In this document: positions 18,691 through 27,705 of the stretch, one piece after another
How the letters are laid out: each line of letters starts with the position of its first letter
How positions within the stretch are numbered: position 1 is the first letter of the stretch
Assembly (NCBI GenBank): GCA_965250115.1
Contig: CBDFNJ010000002.1
Location: 3,662,966 to 3,726,965, forward strand
Direction of reading: 5' to 3'
DNA: 64,000 bases
Source: Candidatus Marinacidobacterales bacterium
GTDB taxonomy: Bacteria > Acidobacteriota > Vicinamibacteria > Marinacidobacterales > SMYC01
The notes under the pieces: model-generated
The model's input: the letters and a program-made list of their open reading frames with translations, nothing else
What the model was told of the DNA's origin: nothing
The model's database searches: none
Position numbers and translations under genes: made by a program

Positions 18691-19397
18691 TCCGAATCGA
18701 TGGCTCCATCGACGAGGCGAATGAGTCGGCGCGACCTCTCCATCACCTGAGTATCGTGGGTGGCGAAGACGAAGGTCGTCTGAAGCTCCCGGTTGAGCTC
18801 TTCCATTACGTCGAGAAGCGACTCGCTCGCCGCGGTGTCGAGATTCGCGGTAGGCTCGTCGGCAAGCACGAGCGCGGGCTTGCCAACGACGGCGCGTATC
18901 ACCGCGACGCGCTGCTGTTGTCCTCCCGACAGCTTGCCAGGACGCCGGTCCTCGAGCCCGGTGAGCCCGGTGCGCTCGAAGAGCTCGCGCACGAACCGCT
19001 CGCGCTCGATTTTCTCGACGCCCTGCAGCAGCAGTGGGAACTCTGCGTTCTCCATGGCCGTCAGCACCGGCAGCAGATTGTAGGCTTGAAAAACGAAACC
19101 GACCTGCTCGAGCCGCAGCCGTGCCAACTCCTGGGTTCCCATGCGTGTCATATCGTGACCAGCTACCCAGACGCCGCCCCGCGTCGGACGGGTCAACCCA
19201 CCAATGACGTTCAGGAGAGTGGTCTTGCCGGAGCCCGACGGTCCGGCGAGCGCAGTGAACTCCCCGCGCTCGATGGCCATGGTCACGCCCCGAACCGCCT
19301 TTACCTCTTCCGCCTCTTGCTCGAAGATCTTCCAGAGGTCCTCGGTGCGGACCGCGGGGTCTCTCGACGCTCCCATCGGCTCCCCGTCCTCGCTCAT
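18675..19397 (-). CDS. ABC transporter ATP-binding protein (LolD/MacB-type)
   Basis: Start MSEDGEP (ATG 19397..19395) overlaps the upstream permease stop (ATGA). Walker A GPSGSGKTT, signature LSGGQQQRV, Walker B LVLADEPT. Confidence 0.9.
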   Translation of the reverse strand: MSEDGEPMGASRDPAVRTEDLWKIFEQEAEEVKAVRGVTMAIERGEFTALAGPSGSGKTTLLNVIGGLTRPTRGGVWVAGHDMTRMGTQELARLRLEQVGFVFQAYNLLPVLTAMENAEFPLLLQGVEKIERERFVRELFERTGLTGLEDRRPGKLSGGQQQRVAVIRAVVGKPALVLADEPTANLDTAASESLLDVMEELNRELQTTFVFATHDTQVMERSRRLIRLVDGAIDSDERKS

Positions 19398-20668
19398 CGC
19401 TCGAACTTCATCGCCTCGGCAACGTCGATGCGGGTGGCCCGAAACGCCGGATAGAGCGAGGCGAGACCGCCTATCAAGAAGATGAACACCAGAGACTGCG
19501 CGACGCGGGCGATGGTGAACTGGGGCACGATCACCGGGTCCATAACGATGCCCGAGAAAGTGAACTCCTCGTCCCACATTCCCGTGATGTCGAGACCATC
19601 GCGCCAGAAAAACCAAGTAATGAAGAGACCCAATCCGATGCCGATAATACCGCTGATCGTAGTCAGTACCAGGCCTTCGATCAGCACAAGGCTACCCGTC
19701 TGTCGGGGCGTGAGTCCGAGAGCTTGCAGCACGCCGAACTCACGGTGGCGTTGCAGCACCGACATCAGAACCGTGTTCACAATGCCGAGAGCGATGATTG
19801 AGAACAAGATGCCCTGGAAGAGATAGTTGCCGAAGTCGTCTATCTTAACGGCCGCATCGAGCTCGGGCATGGACTCACGCCACCCCATGACGACGAGCTT
19901 CCCGTCTCGAATCGGCTCGGCGAGCCTCCGAGCAAGCGCGGTCTGAATAGGCCCCACCGCACCGCTCCCCTGGACGAGGACCGCGATATTGGTCACGCCG
20001 CTCTCCGAGCGAAGCCACGTCTCCGCGGTCGAGAGCGGGATGTGGACGAGCGACTGATCGATCTCGGGCACGCCGCTTCGGAAGACCCCGACGACGCGGA
20101 CAAGTTGACCCGCGATCTCCCCCTCGGCGTCCTGAGCCGTGAGGACGAGACGAGACCCGAGTCGAAGGTCGAGGCTTTCGACCAGGCCAAGACCGACGAA
20201 AGCCGCGAGGTGGTCGTCGGGTTGAAGGTAGCGTCCCTCGGTGGCCTTCTCGTCGAGCACGGTGAAGTCGGCCTCCGCCCGGGGGTCGACGCCGACGATC
20301 TCGACCGGGCGTGCGCCGCTCGGTGAGCTCGCGAGTCCGCTCACCGTCAGACGGGGCGAGACCGCGGCGAGTTGCACCGCCACGTCGGTCTCGGAGAGCG
20401 CTTGCTCGGCGACCGCCCGCGCCTCCGATGTCAGGCGATCTTCGATCTTGCGGCTGTTCTGGAAACGCGATGTTTGAATCGAAAGGTGACCGCCCCCCAT
20501 ACGTACCGCCGACTCGATCCAGGCCTCATGGGTTCCGTCTCCCAGCGGAAGCGTGATCGTGAGGAGAGTGCCGCCGACGATCATCGCGAGGGCCGTCAAG
20601 AGCGTTCGCCTCAGGTAGCGCCGCAAGTTGCGAAAGGCGAGACGGACGATCACTCCAAAACGAGTCAT
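19394..20668 (-). CDS. ABC transporter permease, FtsX/LolE-MacB family
   Basis: 424 aa. N-terminal TM, large periplasmic domain, C-terminal FtsX-type 3-TM bundle (FQGILFSIIALGIVNTVLMSVLQRHREFGVLQALG). Confidence 0.9.
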   Translation of the reverse strand: MTRFGVIVRLAFRNLRRYLRRTLLTALAMIVGGTLLTITLPLGDGTHEAWIESAVRMGGGHLSIQTSRFQNSRKIEDRLTSEARAVAEQALSETDVAVQLAAVSPRLTVSGLASSPSGARPVEIVGVDPRAEADFTVLDEKATEGRYLQPDDHLAAFVGLGLVESLDLRLGSRLVLTAQDAEGEIAGQLVRVVGVFRSGVPEIDQSLVHIPLSTAETWLRSESGVTNIAVLVQGSGAVGPIQTALARRLAEPIRDGKLVVMGWRESMPELDAAVKIDDFGNYLFQGILFSIIALGIVNTVLMSVLQRHREFGVLQALGLTPRQTGSLVLIEGLVLTTISGIIGIGLGLFITWFFWRDGLDITGMWDEEFTFSGIVMDPVIVPQFTIARVAQSLVFIFLIGGLASLYPAFRATRIDVAEAMKFER

Positions 20669-20697
20669 CTTTTAGTGCTCACTCGCCTCCTCCATCA

Positions 20698-20790
20698 ATG
20701 CCGCGGGGCCCCACCCCCACGGCTTCTCGCTTCGGGTCTCGGCTTCGCCTCGCCCTGCGCTCGGGCTGAGGGCTCCGCCTCGCTCGCGCA
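20698..20790. repeat. intergenic repeat R2 (partner of 18541..18690)
   Basis: atgccgcggggccccacccccacggcttctcgcttcgggtctcggcttcgcctcgccctgcgctcgggctgagggctcc. Confidence 0.7.
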
Positions 20791-20816
20791 GTGTGCACAA
20801 CTTTTTCGGCACGCCG

Positions 20817-22076
20817 CTAGAGCCCCGAGAGTGTGTCGGCCGGAGGAATGCGTGCGGCGCGTGCCGCGGGATAAAGAGCCGCCACCAGCGCCGTCAGCAA
20901 GAGGGCCACGGCAGACCAGGCCGCGGCCGAAACGTTGTACTCCACCCGAAGCGTCGGTCGCATGAGCGCTCCGAGCATCGTGAAGTCTCCGTAGATGAAG
21001 CTCAAGTCGATCTCGACATGCTGCAGCCAGGCAATCGTCGGGAAGGTCACCATCGCGCCGAGGAGGAGACTCAACGCCCCCATGGCAATGGCCTCCGCGA
21101 CAATGGTCGTGACGACTTGCCTCTGCGTCGTGCCGAGTGCAAGCATCACCGCGAACTCCCGTCGCCTCTCGAAGGTCGCCATCAGCATCGTATTGGCGAC
21201 GCCGAAGACGGCGACGGCGAATACGATCACGATGACGATGAAGTACCACGACTCTAGTAGTCGAACGTAGTCGAGCATTTCGGGGCGCAATCGAGTCCAT
21301 GGCTCGACCTCGACGGGCGAATCCATCGAGTCGAGACGCTCGCGCAGCCGGTCCGCCGCTTGCGGCGCCAGCCAGGGGTCCCTCGTCGTCGCGGCGGCGA
21401 TTTCGTGAACGCGGGAAGAGTCCAGCGCCAGCAGCTCTTGAAGCGGCCCAAGCGCGACGAGAGCGTAGGAGCTATCGACGTCCGCCATACCGGTATGGAA
21501 GATCCCCGTGACTCGGAAGAGATCGTTGCCCATCGAGCCGTCTGCCGCCGGCGCCACGATGACGACTTCGTCACCGATCTCGACGCCGAGCTGCCGGGCC
21601 ATCTCGTCCCCCACGAGAAGCTCTTGCGCGTCGTCCGCCGGTGCGCGGCCGGACAGGAGTCCGCTGAGGATGCGGCTGACGCCGACCTCTCGTTCGGCAT
21701 CGATGCCCATCAACATGCCGGCCGAGGTCGCGTTTCCAGAGCTCACGAGCCCCCCCGCATAGACCCGCGGAGTCGCGGCCGAGACGACTGGATCGGCGAC
21801 GACCGTCGCCACGAGCTCCTCGACGTCGACGCCCTCGTTCCCGCCGATCGTCTCGTAGAGACTCCGTTCCGGCCGATAGTCGAGAGAGTGGATCTGGAGC
21901 TGTCCACTCAGGAGCCCCGTGCCGCTCTCGATCATCTCCGCCTTCAGACCGTCGGCCCAGCCCACCAGAAAAACGACCGCGAAGTAGCCGAAGGCGAGCC
22001 CGAGCGCCGTGATCAGGCTACGCCGACGATTGCGTCCGAGGTTCCGCCAACCGATGCGGTACCAGGGGAAAGCCAC
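20817..22076 (-). CDS. ABC transporter permease, FtsX/LolC-MacB family
   Basis: 419 aa, GTG start. The architecture matches the adjacent permease (ESWYFIVIVIVFAVAVFGVANTMLMATFERRREFAVMLALG). Confidence 0.9.
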   Translation of the reverse strand: MAFPWYRIGWRNLGRNRRRSLITALGLAFGYFAVVFLVGWADGLKAEMIESGTGLLSGQLQIHSLDYRPERSLYETIGGNEGVDVEELVATVVADPVVSAATPRVYAGGLVSSGNATSAGMLMGIDAEREVGVSRILSGLLSGRAPADDAQELLVGDEMARQLGVEIGDEVVIVAPAADGSMGNDLFRVTGIFHTGMADVDSSYALVALGPLQELLALDSSRVHEIAAATTRDPWLAPQAADRLRERLDSMDSPVEVEPWTRLRPEMLDYVRLLESWYFIVIVIVFAVAVFGVANTMLMATFERRREFAVMLALGTTQRQVVTTIVAEAIAMGALSLLLGAMVTFPTIAWLQHVEIDLSFIYGDFTMLGALMRPTLRVEYNVSAAAWSAVALLLTALVAALYPAARAARIPPADTLSGL

Positions 22077-22082
22077 TACGAC

Positions 22083-22832
22083 CTATCTCCGCCGTTTGAG
22101 CATTTGCAGGGAGAAGAACGACCGGTCCACATCGATTCCGAACTTGAGCTCTCGATAACGAACCGACGTTCTCTCTCCCGCCTTGTCTTCGGGGTACATA
22201 TCCATGGCCGCCGGCACGAGTTGGCCACCCATGTCTCGGAAGTCGCTGAAATCGAGCCTACGTACCAGGTTGCCGTCTTCATCGTAGTAACGGGCCCAGA
22301 GAGGCATCATGTCGGCCTTTCTCACCCGATACTCCACACGCCCCCAGACGACGGGGGCCTCCGGCCTCGGCGCCAAGACGAACTCCCAGACCGCGACACC
22401 CTCCCGCTCTCCGTCGAAGCCGAGCTCGATATCGTAGTCCTCAACCAGCCGAGACTCCTTCACGAGGTCGTCGTTCGTGAAGTGGGAGCCCATCCAGGAT
22501 CCCATCATCATGGAAGCCGGGATCTTGATGGTACGATCGACTTTCGGGAGATAGTTCCAAATGTCGTCCTCGGCTTTGAGCGTTGCCGTGCCCGCCTCTT
22601 TCGCTGGCGCCGTGACTCGCACGAGAGAGAACTCCGTTCCGAGCGACCACATCTCCATCGTCAGGCTTCGTTGCCAATGCTCGGTCTCGACTTCCATCGT
22701 TGCCACGCCGTGGCTCGAGTCCCCGCGGAGAATTCGATCGACTCGATCGATGATCTCCCGCGGCGTCTCTCCCGAGGTTGCTTCAGGCGCGAGAGCCAGA
22801 GCGCCGAAAAGGAGATAATAGGTGAATTTCAT
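22083..22832 (-). CDS. LolA-like outer-membrane lipoprotein-sorting protein (DUF1571-type)
   Basis: Signal peptide MKFTYYLLFGALALAPEA. About 25 kDa beta-rich protein at the head of the LolCDE-like operon. Confidence 0.7.
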   Translation of the reverse strand: MKFTYYLLFGALALAPEATSGETPREIIDRVDRILRGDSSHGVATMEVETEHWQRSLTMEMWSLGTEFSLVRVTAPAKEAGTATLKAEDDIWNYLPKVDRTIKIPASMMMGSWMGSHFTNDDLVKESRLVEDYDIELGFDGEREGVAVWEFVLAPRPEAPVVWGRVEYRVRKADMMPLWARYYDEDGNLVRRLDFSDFRDMGGQLVPAAMDMYPEDKAGERTSVRYRELKFGIDVDRSFFSLQMLKRRR

Positions 22833-22855
22833 AACCCTTCGCGGAGGATAGCATA

Positions 22856-23119
22856 ATGAACGAACCCGAGTGGTATCAGCACGATGGAAGCTACATCCTC
22901 GTCACCGAAAGCAAAGCACCGCTGACGCCCGCCATGGTCACCGCCGTCGCGATCGCCATTCTGCTCACGCTCGGGCTCTGGCTCCTTTTGAGCTTCGGCC
23001 CCGAGTCCTTCCGAACGAGAGACCGGCTAGAAAAAGCGGAATCGATTCGCGCGAGCGAAGGTTCCCAGGTCGTTGAAACGAACGCCATACTTGCGAAGCG
23101 CCGGGAGCACCCAGGGTGA
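22856..23119 (+). CDS. small hypothetical membrane protein (questionable)
   Basis: 87 aa with one TM segment (AMVTAVAIAILLTLGLWLLLSF). GGAGGA lies upstream. It overlaps the convergent desaturase 3' end by about 90 bp, which lowers confidence. Confidence 0.3.
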   Translation: MNEPEWYQHDGSYILVTESKAPLTPAMVTAVAIAILLTLGLWLLLSFGPESFRTRDRLEKAESIRASEGSQVVETNAILAKRREHPG

Positions 23120-24019
23120 CAGGAGCTGTCGCAAGTAGAAGGGCTGGTCGACGACGTAGTGGTGAAAACTGTGCGTCGTCCCGAAGTTGAAACAGAACAG
23201 CTGCAGCGGCCAAAGAAAGATTGGATTGAGAACCTGGGTCTCTTCGTTCACGTTCGAAACGTCTTCGTAGTAGTGGACGTTCGAGGAGATCAACTGTAGG
23301 GCTGCCTGGCGCAGATAGTTCGGCACCACCCAGGAGACGGCGAGAACCTCGACCCACGGATAGAGCGTCACGAACCATTCCGACGGGGCAAGGCCGAAGG
23401 CCCGGAAAGCGTGGTAGGCGAGAAAGCTCATCGAGACGAGCACGAAGAGCGGATAGACGGGAAGAGACGCCAGGGCGAGCCGCCGCCTGGAAAAGCCGGG
23501 GACTTCCGCCTCCAACACTTTCGTGTTGAGGAGAAACGCAAGCGCACCGTCGACGGTCGCGAGCACTCGACGGAATCCCCACGGCGTGCCCAGGCCGAGC
23601 AGTCGTTCTTCGACGTCGGTCGCCGTCCCCGAGGCCCGGTGATGGTGGAAGTGGATCTCGCGCCGGTACCACCCGTGGACGACGTTGCCGCGAAAAACCC
23701 AGGCGACGAGCATCATCACGTTCGCGACGCGAGGACGGGCCTTGAAGTAGAGCACGTGAATCAAGTCGTGCTCGATCTCGTGCAGGATCGAGGCAAGAAA
23801 AGCGTTCACAAAAAGACAAAGGTACCAGGGAATGACGTTCAGCCAGTAGAACCCGGCCGAGACCAGCATGCCGCTCGCTGACAGAAGGCAAAGCACGGCC
23901 CCGATCCCGTCCTGATGTCTCAGCACCGCGTAGCGCGCGACCAGGCGCTTCTCGCCGCGTCGAATCCATTTCCGAATCCGGCGAGCTCGCTCCTCCGCTA
24001 GGCCGACTCTATCCGCCAT
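23027..24019 (-). CDS. membrane fatty-acid desaturase family protein
   Basis: Three His boxes: HEIEHDLIH, HFHHH and HSFHH. Multiple TM segments. Confidence 0.85.
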   Translation of the reverse strand: MADRVGLAEERARRIRKWIRRGEKRLVARYAVLRHQDGIGAVLCLLSASGMLVSAGFYWLNVIPWYLCLFVNAFLASILHEIEHDLIHVLYFKARPRVANVMMLVAWVFRGNVVHGWYRREIHFHHHRASGTATDVEERLLGLGTPWGFRRVLATVDGALAFLLNTKVLEAEVPGFSRRRLALASLPVYPLFVLVSMSFLAYHAFRAFGLAPSEWFVTLYPWVEVLAVSWVVPNYLRQAALQLISSNVHYYEDVSNVNEETQVLNPIFLWPLQLFCFNFGTTHSFHHYVVDQPFYLRQLLSPWVLPALRKYGVRFNDLGTFARANRFRFF

Positions 24020-24127
24020 TTGCCGTTAGCATAGCGCAGGTCAGGTTACCATTCGACAAGGCCCGAGCTCCCGAAGAGGGCTTCTCCGCGATGCAACCAC
24101 CGAGTCCTCACGACTATAATCGCGAGC

Positions 24128-24601
24128 ATGACGCGCGAGCCGTCCGAAGACGATCGCCAAACGCTCGATTTGGCGCGGGAGATCTTCGAAGAAAAAGTCC
24201 CCTTCAATCGAATCCTGGGAGTCGAGCTCGACGAGCGGACCTTCGAGAGCGTGCGCGTCAAGTTTGCCTATCGGGACGATCTCGTCGGTAATTTCATCAG
24301 GAAGAGCCTTCACGGTGGCGTCATCTCCGCGACGCTCGATCTCACAGGTGGGCTCGCCGCCTTCGTCGGCGCTATGGAGAGCATGGACGGAAGCTCCCTC
24401 GCGGACAAGAAGAAGCGGTTAACCAACGTCGGCACCATCGATCTCCGCGTCGACTATCTGAGGCCCGGCATCGGAGATCACTTCCTGTGCTCGGGTCGCG
24501 TTCTGCGCGTCGGCAACAAAGTGGCGGTCGCACGAATGGAGCTTTCGAACGACAGCAACGAGCTCATCGCCGTCGGCACTGGCACCTATCTCGTCGGCTA
24601 G
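24128..24601 (+). CDS. PaaI-family hotdog-fold thioesterase
   Basis: 157 aa. NRILGVELDE...LHGGVISATLDLTGGLA...GTGTYLV is typical of PaaI/YigI thioesterases. Confidence 0.85.
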   Translation: MTREPSEDDRQTLDLAREIFEEKVPFNRILGVELDERTFESVRVKFAYRDDLVGNFIRKSLHGGVISATLDLTGGLAAFVGAMESMDGSSLADKKKRLTNVGTIDLRVDYLRPGIGDHFLCSGRVLRVGNKVAVARMELSNDSNELIAVGTGTYLVG

Positions 24602-24705
24602 TTTCGATGGTGCGTGCCTCCGCAAACGCCAAGTCAGGTGACCGAAGGCCTAGAGCCGCAATCTCGTAGAGCAGCCCGCCGAAACCGGTCACTGGTCGCG
24701 GGTTA

Positions 24706-25812
24706 TCAAACCTCGCGGGAGTAGCGGCGGACCTTCGCCTCATCCACCTCGACCCCGATGCCGGGCCCGGCGGTGAGCGCGACGTGGCCGCCGGAGAGCT
24801 CGAGCGGCCGCTTGATGAGGTCGTCGGTCAGATAGGTATTGGTCAGGCTCACACCCCAGTCGAGTGTGGGGATCGCAGCCGCAATGTGGGTCATCGCCGA
24901 GGAGGCGATGCCCGTTTCGGCCATCTTGCAGGCGAGGTTTACCTTCATTCCGAGCCGCTCGCAGACTTGCCCGGCCTCTACAACCGCTTGCATGCCGCCG
25001 AGCTTGATCGTCTTGAGGCTGCCGCCGGCGATACCCACCTCGTGGTGGCGCCTCAGGTCATCCATCGAATGCAGGCCCTCGTCGGCGCTGATCGGAATGC
25101 CGGTCGCCTTCGCGACGCGCGCGATGCCGTCGAGTTCACCCACCGGCACCGGCTGCTCGAAAAAAGCGAGGGGCGTGTCCCCCAGCGCGCGCAGGTAGGC
25201 GATCGCCTGGTCGACATTGAAACCCTGGTTCGCGTCGGAGCAGACGAGCAGCTTGCCATTGCCCAGCGCCTTGCATACCTCGCGGGTGCGTTCCGCATCA
25301 TCGAGCGGATCGCCGACACCCACTTTGACCTTGAACGCAATGTAGCCCTCCGCCTTGGCCTTGAGTGCGTCCTCGACATCAACGACCGTTCCCTTCCCGC
25401 TGCCGATCAGGCACAGGAGCGGTGCCCGCTCGCGCCGCTTGCCGCCCAGCAGCTCGCAGGCGGGCGTGCCGGTCGTCTTACCGAGCGCATCGTGTAGCGC
25501 CACCTCAATCGCTGACTTGGCGCCGTCGTTGCCGTAGAGATAGAGATCAGAGCGCTGCATGACCGCGGCAATGTCGTCGCCATCGATGCCCTCGAGGCGC
25601 GGCGCCAGGTGTCGCACGGCCGCAACCATGCCCTGGACTGTCTCGCCGGTCATCGAGGGTGCCGAACCTGCTTCGCCCCAGCCCACGACGCCTTCCGTGG
25701 TCTCGAGGCGCACCAGAGCGTTGTTGGCGGCGCGCACTTCTTCGAACGACATCTTGACGGGTTGGATCATCGGAATGCTGATTCCGATGGCCTCAATTTT
25801 CTTGATCCTCAT
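24706..25812 (-). CDS. enolase-superfamily enzyme (mandelate racemase/muconate lactonizing enzyme family)
   Basis: 368 aa. KVKVG..., ...FEQP..., and metal-ligand Asp/Glu context (CSDANQG, SADEG) are typical of MR/MLE. Confidence 0.9.
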   Translation of the reverse strand: MRIKKIEAIGISIPMIQPVKMSFEEVRAANNALVRLETTEGVVGWGEAGSAPSMTGETVQGMVAAVRHLAPRLEGIDGDDIAAVMQRSDLYLYGNDGAKSAIEVALHDALGKTTGTPACELLGGKRRERAPLLCLIGSGKGTVVDVEDALKAKAEGYIAFKVKVGVGDPLDDAERTREVCKALGNGKLLVCSDANQGFNVDQAIAYLRALGDTPLAFFEQPVPVGELDGIARVAKATGIPISADEGLHSMDDLRRHHEVGIAGGSLKTIKLGGMQAVVEAGQVCERLGMKVNLACKMAETGIASSAMTHIAAAIPTLDWGVSLTNTYLTDDLIKRPLELSGGHVALTAGPGIGVEVDEAKVRRYSREV

Positions 25813-25904
25813 TTCGGCCTCCTGGGGACATCATCTCGCGGACGGTTTCGTCGGCGAGTCGCGCTAGCTCTCCTAGAAGCTCTCCATGGTAACTGTAGAG
25901 GAGC

Positions 25905-27497
25905 TCAGCTCCGTTCGGCTTTCTTGTGGAGTCCCATGTCCTCGAGACGTTTGTAGAAGGTCTCCGAAGAGACGTCCAGAAGCTTGATGGCTTTCCTTCG
26001 ATTGCCCTTCGTGAACTCGAGCATCTGAAGAATGTGTTTTCTCTCGGCATCTTCCACGACGTGCCTGAGCGACGCTGGGCGGCCCGAGCCGCTCCCAGCG
26101 CCCGCCGAGCGCCACGGACCAGGGGCCGAGCGGAGAAAGTCGGGAAGATCGTCGGGAAGCACCTCGGCATGGTCGACAAGGCAGGACACGCACTCCACGA
26201 CCTGCTGGAGCTGTCGCACGTTGAACTCCCAACCGTAGCTCTTGAGCACGTCGACGGTTCCCGGCGCGAAGCGCTTCGGCGAGCCGGAACGACCGAACCG
26301 CTCGGCGAAATGCTCGACCAGCACGGGGATGTCGTCGCAGCGCTCGCGCAGTGGAGGAATCACGATGCAGTGGCCGAGCCGCGCGAGCAAGTCGGTACGA
26401 AATCTTCCTTGTTCCATCAGCTTCTCCAGAGGCCGGTTGGTGGCCGAGACCACCTGCACGTCGATGTGCTTCGGGCTCGTGTCGCCCACGCGATAGATTT
26501 CACCGGAGTCGAGGAAGCGAAGGAGCTTGACCTGAACGGCGGGATCGATATCCCCGATCTCGTCGAGAAACAGCACACCGCCGTCCGCCACCTCGAAGTA
26601 ACCCTTCTTGTCCTGGCTCGCCTCGGTGAATGCGCCTTTCACGTGCCCAAAGAGCTCCGACTCGACGAGGTTCGGGGCGAGCGCGGGAATCGAAACGGGA
26701 ATGTAGGGCTTTCCCGACCTTTTCGAGTTCGCCGCGTAAGCCCGGGCAAAGAGCTCTTTGCCCGTGCCCGTCTCGCCGCGCAAGAACACCCGGGCTCCCG
26801 CGGCGGCGAATCGCCGCACATCCTCGTAGGCCTGTAGAAGCGCGGGGGCGTGCCCGACGATCCGATGCCGCAGAAGCTCGCCTTGAAGCAGCTCAAGTGC
26901 GTCCACTTGTGTTCTCAAGTCGGCGGATGCGCGGTCGTGCTCCTCGATGCGATCGAGGAGCAAGGACGCGTAGCCCGCCGCCGCCGTCAAAAACTGCAGG
27001 TCGCGACGGTCGAAGGGTTGGTGGTCGCGCCGATCCACGTAGATGAGAGCCCTCACCGGGCTCTTTCCCAGCGGCACGCAGATGACTGAGCGGATGCCGA
27101 ACTTTTGGACGCTCACCGACTTTTCGAATTTGGGATCCCGCAGGACGTCGGTGGCGAGAAGAGCGAGGCCCGATTCGCGCGACCGCTCGAGCGCGGTGCG
27201 ACTGATGCTCCAATCATCCTCGGGCCGATCCAGGTCGAGCGCGTGCACGGCGAGTGGCCGGTAGGCGCCGTGGGGAGAAACGGCGAGGACACAGGCGTGA
27301 TCCGGGGCGAGATGCTCGATGATCGCACGTTGGAAGGTGCGAAGGACCTGTCCGACGTCGCGCTGCTCGAGCAGGAGCTTTCCGATCTCGTAGAGCGCGC
27401 GCATCCGTCCCGAGGCAGACGTGGCGGCCTCGTCGGGCAAAGGGGCGGCCGGGTCCAGAGTAGCTTGGTTCGCGAGCTCGTCCACGATGCCTCCCAT
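25905..27497 (-). CDS. sigma54-dependent transcriptional activator with N-terminal GAF domain
   Basis: GAF-like region RMRALYEIGKLL...VCVPL. AAA+ Walker A GETGTGKELFARA. GAFTGA-loop variant reads GAFTEA. Walker B GVLFLDEIGD. C-terminal Fis-type HTH (HKILQMLEFTKGNRRKAIKLLDVS). Start set at ATG 27497 (MGGIVDEL). The track's TTG start at 27617 adds 40 aa. Confidence 0.85.
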   Translation of the reverse strand: MGGIVDELANQATLDPAAPLPDEAATSASGRMRALYEIGKLLLEQRDVGQVLRTFQRAIIEHLAPDHACVLAVSPHGAYRPLAVHALDLDRPEDDWSISRTALERSRESGLALLATDVLRDPKFEKSVSVQKFGIRSVICVPLGKSPVRALIYVDRRDHQPFDRRDLQFLTAAAGYASLLLDRIEEHDRASADLRTQVDALELLQGELLRHRIVGHAPALLQAYEDVRRFAAAGARVFLRGETGTGKELFARAYAANSKRSGKPYIPVSIPALAPNLVESELFGHVKGAFTEASQDKKGYFEVADGGVLFLDEIGDIDPAVQVKLLRFLDSGEIYRVGDTSPKHIDVQVVSATNRPLEKLMEQGRFRTDLLARLGHCIVIPPLRERCDDIPVLVEHFAERFGRSGSPKRFAPGTVDVLKSYGWEFNVRQLQQVVECVSCLVDHAEVLPDDLPDFLRSAPGPWRSAGAGSGSGRPASLRHVVEDAERKHILQMLEFTKGNRRKAIKLLDVSSETFYKRLEDMGLHKKAERS

Positions 27498-27705
27498 CTC
27501 GATCACCGGACGGACTATTGTGTTGTGGGGGACGAAGACTTGTCCACAGTTGGCGAGATCGACGACCGGGCATCGAGCTCTTGACCGAGGTCCTCCTCCG
27601 TCGAATTGGTAGAGCAATACCTATGCCAGGAGCGAAGGCGCGGTTCGCGGGAAAGCGGAGGGACAGCGTTTCGATTCCCGAACGGGTGCTCGATCTTCGA
27701 AACGT

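Noticed and set aside
18282-19454. 390-aa plus-strand ORF across the ABC ATPase gene
   Set aside because: Antisense to a gene with Walker A, signature and Walker B motifs. Arg/Leu-rich shadow ORF. The same judgement applies to 20793..21257, 21360..22856, 22965..23969, 25926..26837 and 57820..58770.
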